Below, piece by piece: positions 59,601 to 64,000 of a stretch of 64,000 nt of DNA. A program made the position numbers and the translations under genes. Source of the DNA: a virus; the IMG/VR virus record IMGVR_UViG_3300025127_007327, positions 1-64,000 of that record. One strand, 5' to 3'. Under the pieces are notes generated by a model. That model had not been told where the DNA came from and ran no database searches. It worked only from the letters and a program-made list of their open reading frames with translations. Every line of letters starts with the position of its first letter. The stretch's first letter is position 1.

Positions 59601-62600
59601 CTGGAATAAACTTAGATTTAATAATAATAAAATTTTACGCAATGAAAGAACAAAGAATGAACTTACAATTGCAACAGGTAGTGACCAACATTTAAAAACA
59701 TTTAGACTTGCGCCAGTATCGTTAAAAGGCAGAGAATCATTTATTAATTTTGATGCTACAATTGCTTCTAATGGTACCGCTACAACTGAAAACATAACTC
59801 TCAAGTTCAGTAACACAAATGAAAGAATATTTTTCAATGAATTACCACTTAACAATCAAGCAGAAATTAATTATTCAGAAATTTCGACTCCATACAAAGA
59901 TGCCATTGCTGCAGCTAACTCTAATTTAGCCACATTAAATTGGTTCCTATACAAACAAAATATTTTCCCATCAAATCGTAATGAATTTAATACTTTTGTT
60001 ACAAAACGTGTTGGGTATGACAACAAATATTGGAGAGATTCAAGAGCAGCAAGAGCAGTGCTTGGAAATACACTTAGTAGTTCTTTATTGGGCGCACCAG
60101 TAAATAAGAGTTCTTGGGTGCTTGACGCCCCTCAAAACTTCTTGAATCGAACATCAATTGTTGGTCTTAGCGGTGGAGTACAAGTGTCTGGATTTCCCAG
60201 TAATTTCTTAGTTGTTCAGCCATTTCAACCACTGCCATCCGGCACCGCCGGTTATAACATATTCGTACCGTCTGCTGGAGAATTGCAAAACACATATTAC
60301 TCATACTTTACATTAAACTCAACTAATGGTAAATTGGGAACAGTAGCATTAGCGCCACTTTATAATAGAAAACATGTTTTAGCTGGTCCAAGAACAGTTG
60401 TTTCCCCAGTCGGTATAACAATTCCTGAAACTGGTTCTGTAATGGGCTTGTTCCCGCTAGTATCTGGTTCAGGTAATCATGCTGTTGAGCCTTTCGCCGG
60501 CGAAGCACTTTGGGAAGCTGCCGATCAAGCAGGCATAGTTGTAACTACTACCTCATCCTCAACAGAAAAAATACTGAAGAGAGGCACTACTTCACAGTTT
60601 ATTGCTTCTGCTTCTAACCCATGGTATAACGATTACGATGATTTTAAATCAGATTTAAAATTAATGGCTAAAGGTTATTCAATCATTCCAGAATATAGAA
60701 TGAGTGAGCACGTAAAGGATTATTTTAATTTTGGAATTAACAATAAATCTAAAACAAACTTTTTTGAAATAGTAGGAACTAATTCATCAAGTGCAAATAG
60801 TAATTTTTATAAAGATTATTCTAATTCAGATTTCTTAGAAAACTTTATGGGTATTAAAAAAGAAAGCTTGCTTAACGCAAAAGAAATTAAACTTACATGT
60901 AAAGCAGCAATTAAATATAACGCTTATGACGGATTTTATCCTGCACAAAGGACAGTGAATTTAGCGGAACAATTTGTAGATTCTTTTAAAGACTCTATCC
61001 AAGGCGCTACCTTTGATGAGACAAGGGGATCTACAACATTTAACAATAAAGGATTTCAACAAGAGAATGCCGTCGGCGGTCAATCATTTTATAATGTCCC
61101 AAATCTTTTATATGAACGCATGCCGGCTGCAGCAAAACAAGCCTTTGATCCAATTTTCTCACCGGGTATTTTATATAACTCTATTAAAGCAGGTTTAGCT
61201 GTAGACTATCCAGTTGTATCAAACCATAGAAAACGACTTAGAAAGCCTTTTGGTACGATTCATACTGCATCTACTGATAACTTTGCAATGACAATTACCG
61301 GCTCATCAACATTAGAAAACTTTATCTCTGGTTCTGGACAATATATTGGTGGTCAATTTTGGGATAAAAGAATTCCATTTGAAGCTATTATTGAGCCAAC
61401 AAAATATATTTTAAATACAAACTTTACTGATTTAGAATCACATCCATCAATGAGTGTAGATTGTTTTATCAGTGAGGTGGTAAAAGGTAAATCATACAAT
61501 GAATGTTATGAAAAAAATGCGGTAACCGCTTCATATAATGACAATGCTGATGGAATTTATACTTTAATGGCTCGTAATTTCTTTGGTGCATGCGGAGAAT
61601 TTTTCTTAGATGGTGGTGAAATTTCAAAACTTGAATCAAAAACCGTTTTAAATGATTTACAGTTTACTATTGATGAATCATTTTCTGATTTACGTCCAAT
61701 ATATATGGCAAGAGTCAAATTAAGAAGATCACACAACGGAGTCAGATCCTATCAATATGAAGTGGATTCTTTTGGAAATTCAGGAAGTGGTAGCTACTAC
61801 GGAACTGTTGGAGCCCAAAGGACAATTAACGGTACCGCATCTTCTGGACAATACGCACTACCACAAGACCCCATGCACAACCCTGCTTTCCAAGAAACAT
61901 TTACCATGTATAGTAGACCGTCTGCGTTTGGTCCACCTATGGCTGGTCGCCCAACTGGCTCAAACGCCGCCTTAATGCCGTTTGTTAGTGCCTCAAAGGA
62001 TAGTTTCAGTGGTTATAATCCAGCATTCACTCCACCTTACTATGACGGAGAAGCATGGGCGGACTTAATTTTCAGACCTCATGTTATGAACAGAGAAACC
62101 AGTAAGGGTGGTAATTTAACATCAACCCCAGAAGTTTACGATCTTAACAGAATCCTAAACGAAACTCAGGTTGTTTGTTGGCGTTTTGATCCGGGCGAAG
62201 CCAGTACTTCGGGGTCAAATGCCGCCACACACGCACCAATGCCTGTGTTGATTCCAATTGAGCAAACTCAATTTGCAATGTTTACTGGAAGCACTCCCAA
62301 TAACGATAAAACTGTACCGTCAATTTATGATGGAAAAAGAATTAATGTCAATTCAATGCAACTAACATCAAGTGTGCAAATATTTGGTACAGAAAGAGTA
62401 TTAGAACAAGAAACAGACAAATTTGGAAATGTTGTCTCTAATAAAAATAAACCTGTTGGCACTAAATGGATTATTCAGCCTAAATGGGAAACACCTATGC
62501 TTAACTTTAATGATGCCGGTGTACACCCAATTGCTGCAGTTAGTGGTACGCTTACATTACCAACATATGGGTCAGCCTCTGTTCCTAGAGGAATGTGGCA

Positions 62601-63540
62601 CCAGTTTGGTGTAATTCCTGAAGATCCGAACACGGGTATATTCTTAGAAATTGGAGACATTCCTGAAGACTGGTTAAAAAATCACTATGAGGTGCTTACT
62701 GGTGATAGAGTAACGCCTTATAATGGTGGTGCTATCGCTCGCAATGGCAGTCGAGGTTCAGAAATTGAGAATACAAATAGATATAACTTATATAAAAATG
62801 TTCGTTCTCTCTCGACACTTTGCGGTTTTGATAAGACAAATTCAAGATCAAGACTCGGCGGAATCAAGCAAAGTATGGCTGTACATGAAGCAGTTGTTGC
62901 TATCCCGTATATTATCGAGGAAGTAGATGAATTTGAAAATACCACTTTACCACCCGATTCAAAACTTAGAACTGAAAGAAAGAAATTTATTTCGATACCC
63001 AAAAAACGATTTGCTGCTGCCCGCGATGAAGCTGCTGGTTCGGCCGCAGGTGATAGTTTAACGGTGGCAGGTGAATCCATTAGAAAACTACGCAATGCTT
63101 TAGAAAAATTTGTATTTCCACCAGAGCTTGACTTTCTTAATAATAAAGAGGTTGATCCTTTTGCAATGTATGTGTTTGAGTTTAAATATGAATTTGATAG
63201 AGATGATTTATCGTATATTTGGCAAAACATAGCACCAAGAGATTTTGAAAAAGTAGAATTCCAGAATGTTTCTGTTGCTCATAATCTTGCTAATAATGAA
63301 TTAATTAATGAAGATGTCCTTGCAAACGAGAATTTACGTTGGATGGTTTTCAAAGTTAAACAACGAGCACAAACTGATTACTTTGATTTGATTGCTGATC
63401 AAGCTAATGAGTCTACTACAAAGATTGATGAAAAGACAACCAAGATTAAAGATTACAAGTTTGGATTCAATTGGCCGTATGATTACTTATCTTTCGTTGA
63501 ACTAGTTAAATTAGACACAGAAATACTGTTTAAGAAATAA
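53623..63540 (+). CDS. Giant virion protein (3305 aa) with LamG/concanavalin-like domains; baseplate wedge/receptor-binding candidate
   Basis: TLEFWLK, WAHYAV, LYING, GSLDEFRFW LamG motifs; IYKAKGT..SIR gp7-like motif. Confidence 0.75.
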   Translation: MSIKKLFESTNKVDKFISDTNSKDAFNSEAESQFNIEQKTIDQERYVPQVDYSQPENFAKYGSARLYYKSALTRISEFYPYDGSEGETNEFLNGCLDIERYILDNLYPRTNGYIILNNAGHTTKVMQNGFGFPNSNEHIDLKGGPGVGRVTSGKLRDLLPNPKNSSYDYSNIYDENIYQTAGLPSDYGQGTRTSNLRSDFSDGVTLEFWLKTGSIDPLITQRQVVFDLWNNEHSSSDNYGRLTLEVTGANHAQPSTFRLSIASGSTVINSLPLGDFAVSQLGDWAHYAVVLSAQSASLYINGQRNSIATYGTATATITTTGGPLNNETFTLTDAAGLSVGFIFKHSVATVDGSKDGDNVIIGVDGALGSAAAVGERIRDAINASSLAMVAVEKTGPLRIELTQNGIGASGNTTVDMSGVTTVTATDFTGGKTLGALYEPNTIGRIGALVTNSIPASSGAERTGSAGSGRLSGSLDEFRFWKTARDGKQIGENWFTQVRGGSNSDISNTTLGVYYKFNEGITGVNTTDNVVLDYAGRVTNGTWTGYNAGARNTGSAIVSASAATAEFLDPIIRTNHPSYVSLNTELLSTGSYHDGKNTNKLLNLLPSWILQENDEDENFDLNYITHIMGTYFDKLYLQISDLPNLRHQTHTSGTFKPISFAEHLPQSLGLYSPEIFIDSTVLERFMNRSADGVFENELEEAKNLIYQNLYNNLAEIYKAKGTEQSIRNVLKCFNINENILSLKVNSNNSEFILRNNLEQKLLRKNCANFNTTDNSTAVIYSRKQDSAIFKGASSEILGSITGSTRQYGYGFTYEGNVIFPNFEPSVLSSVTLRDSGEVSLFGTVTPLDTTAGINGTDTTAINATLDFGNFKFFAVRDNLKSTNAYFKLVVANPTGADIVLTSSVYNDIYNDEPWNLSVRVRPKNYPLSSFVDSTTHEGYDVIFTGFNPKTTDLFNSFILSASVDETLGKKYIESRKRAYVGANRENVTGPVINKSDVLVSSVAYWLKSLDDTDLQQHSVDLENIGLSGSFRSLSALDTTDSSVEVLGRDTLAFNWNFRNVDSSDSSGNFVVEDFSSGSTDVINKFGWAGGISGYYYTGYGFGFANSSTSVVNRQSVNTYKFIDPERPISSDMVQIFSDSDDLTPNLRKEEIIPNYVYALEKSVYGAISEEMLDFFAGVVDFRSVIGAPVNYYRHRYKEMEKLRQTFFQRVSEVSTVEKYTEYYKWFDDALTTIISQLIPASGEYINDVQNVIESHVLERNKYQNRLNIIDSNTLPEFESATDSGDPGGDLYVEASSPLESSPRPTNRHPVFWQKRADRRSLEIRTGTSSAQVAIDTQRNKFRDVIYSNPVPSSSFKKPLLVTSGGTKYRLNNFNKRTRLQKFKFDINVDDGFSGRQRDKGVSPRVVKAGTNFEEIKSFDYFRSAVTPGGPINSEGGKLVPVNVLLGLVQDSVDLPYVIDPHRPADAIVKRKKVFKVQHGRDYEDGIGFKNVKSSLGFPFNVISSSVEVNSGYNSEVVSRVGNYLMITNVHNDVYGDNFEVPMQGAFTRDVVGGLQYRHIRVNTGSDQQDTRPEGFRIHLGTCPPSTEGAIGIVGPDYPPPNYNLPAGSSTRPYPYPHTPKAHLYRDLTAKRPVNIKNIVNNDGNVTVPGNFKENYQVIHSVGSFNNPRAFIDSQPTLPSQLSDVKFTTNVRTLLGIKRTNDAHTALVDEYSTSYLTGTTNKSIIVSRFSAPGGIEVMSKGYLDFKSSELSPYNSIPYRNLTVVRPSQGPSGTISTAATNGDTTDIQVFDIHGRDYGLRSHLSRHANRFGRDSLFVTNPGDTYTELPNFHKINRNNLQRIQIAGYNNQFVDFYGTSSVKNNYFVQHQIPRSDRQYMWLSNSVQDVSDIKYSGFQKIFNEQLMPYRTSSSGLEFYWTFVQIADSRINGLSQSTNGLNILINDPITESENTLGYTSDTDVSNYMNAGFFANPAARKAASTNYLNQLLTSRGATYGWGWNKLRFNNNKILRNERTKNELTIATGSDQHLKTFRLAPVSLKGRESFINFDATIASNGTATTENITLKFSNTNERIFFNELPLNNQAEINYSEISTPYKDAIAAANSNLATLNWFLYKQNIFPSNRNEFNTFVTKRVGYDNKYWRDSRAARAVLGNTLSSSLLGAPVNKSSWVLDAPQNFLNRTSIVGLSGGVQVSGFPSNFLVVQPFQPLPSGTAGYNIFVPSAGELQNTYYSYFTLNSTNGKLGTVALAPLYNRKHVLAGPRTVVSPVGITIPETGSVMGLFPLVSGSGNHAVEPFAGEALWEAADQAGIVVTTTSSSTEKILKRGTTSQFIASASNPWYNDYDDFKSDLKLMAKGYSIIPEYRMSEHVKDYFNFGINNKSKTNFFEIVGTNSSSANSNFYKDYSNSDFLENFMGIKKESLLNAKEIKLTCKAAIKYNAYDGFYPAQRTVNLAEQFVDSFKDSIQGATFDETRGSTTFNNKGFQQENAVGGQSFYNVPNLLYERMPAAAKQAFDPIFSPGILYNSIKAGLAVDYPVVSNHRKRLRKPFGTIHTASTDNFAMTITGSSTLENFISGSGQYIGGQFWDKRIPFEAIIEPTKYILNTNFTDLESHPSMSVDCFISEVVKGKSYNECYEKNAVTASYNDNADGIYTLMARNFFGACGEFFLDGGEISKLESKTVLNDLQFTIDESFSDLRPIYMARVKLRRSHNGVRSYQYEVDSFGNSGSGSYYGTVGAQRTINGTASSGQYALPQDPMHNPAFQETFTMYSRPSAFGPPMAGRPTGSNAALMPFVSASKDSFSGYNPAFTPPYYDGEAWADLIFRPHVMNRETSKGGNLTSTPEVYDLNRILNETQVVCWRFDPGEASTSGSNAATHAPMPVLIPIEQTQFAMFTGSTPNNDKTVPSIYDGKRINVNSMQLTSSVQIFGTERVLEQETDKFGNVVSNKNKPVGTKWIIQPKWETPMLNFNDAGVHPIAAVSGTLTLPTYGSASVPRGMWHQFGVIPEDPNTGIFLEIGDIPEDWLKNHYEVLTGDRVTPYNGGAIARNGSRGSEIENTNRYNLYKNVRSLSTLCGFDKTNSRSRLGGIKQSMAVHEAVVAIPYIIEEVDEFENTTLPPDSKLRTERKKFISIPKKRFAAARDEAAGSAAGDSLTVAGESIRKLRNALEKFVFPPELDFLNNKEVDPFAMYVFEFKYEFDRDDLSYIWQNIAPRDFEKVEFQNVSVAHNLANNELINEDVLANENLRWMVFKVKQRAQTDYFDLIADQANESTTKIDEKTTKIKDYKFGFNWPYDYLSFVELVKLDTEILFKK

Positions 63541-63543
63541 AAA

Positions 63544-64000
63544 ATGGCTAAATTTTTAGATAAAAAAGAAAGAGTAATTGATTTTCAGTTAACACCTTAT
63601 GGTAAACATAGGTTGGCTGTTGGCAAACTTAAGCCAGCTTTCTATGCATTTTTTGATCAAGGTGTTTTATATGATAGTGAGTACGCCGGATTTAGTGAAG
63701 TACAAAACAATATCCACGAGAGAATCAAAAATAAAACTCAATTCATTGAAGGTATACTGTCATTTGAAGAACTAGAAAACTCAGTTCCACCAAGTACTTT
63801 TTTAGGAGGGCTCGAAACGTATAAATATGCAGTGTCCACCGGTGGACCTACAGCATTTTTAACGCTTGAGGAAATACGTGAGCTTGATGCTAGTTCTTCT
63901 GAATCCGAATTTGGTGGCATGACTGACGAAGAGCTTATAGCAGCTATAGAAGATACACCTGTAGTTGGTTTATATTCAGGTGTTTCATTATTTGATCTTG
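63544..64000 (+). CDS. Virion structural protein, 3'-truncated by the window edge
   Basis: MAKFLDKKERVIDFQLTPYGK...YAFFDQGVLYD; open to the end; ACTAGTTA at 63501. Confidence 0.7.
   Translation, partial: MAKFLDKKERVIDFQLTPYGKHRLAVGKLKPAFYAFFDQGVLYDSEYAGFSEVQNNIHERIKNKTQFIEGILSFEELENSVPPSTFLGGLETYKYAVSTGGPTAFLTLEEIRELDASSSESEFGGMTDEELIAAIEDTPVVGLYSGVSLFDL

Overview
64 kb of an AT-rich, large T4-like (contractile-tail) bacteriophage genome. Every credible gene is on the + strand, packed tightly with ATGA/TGATG overlaps, and uses the standard genetic code. Order: (1) 1-10.2 kb, acidic or basic proteins that look like internal-head proteins, a deoxyhypusine-synthase-like gene beside an arginase-fold gene, and four unrelated enzyme-like genes sharing an identical 26-nt 5' end (MKLLLENWR leader). 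(2) 10.3-19.9 kb, accessory genes behind sigma70-type promoters: Fis-like HTH, TlpA thioredoxin, tmRNA, tRNA-Asn, tRNA-Thr, HNH, UvsE, PIN-PhoH, Cas4-like nuclease and a 20-aa Cys-rich micro-ORF. (3) 19.9-37.6 kb, a 21-gene glycan biosynthesis and modification cluster: glycosyltransferases, Gmd, a short DegT-type enzyme, a CMP-ulosonate synthetase, two sialyltransferase-like proteins, HpcH aldolase, SIS isomerase, methyl- and sulfotransferases. (4) 37.8-64 kb, a gp55-like late sigma factor and a baseplate/tail module: M15 peptidase, gp25-like, gp6-like and 2427/3305-aa virion proteins. The best candidates for new biology are the leader-tagged cassette array (putative modular virion-cargo loading), a NeuB-less ulosonic-acid glycosylation pathway that may target [S/T]GS-rich virion proteins, and an ACTANTTA late-promoter motif that also reveals a nested peptidase/scaffold gene. 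All family assignments come from motif recognition by eye; no database search was run.
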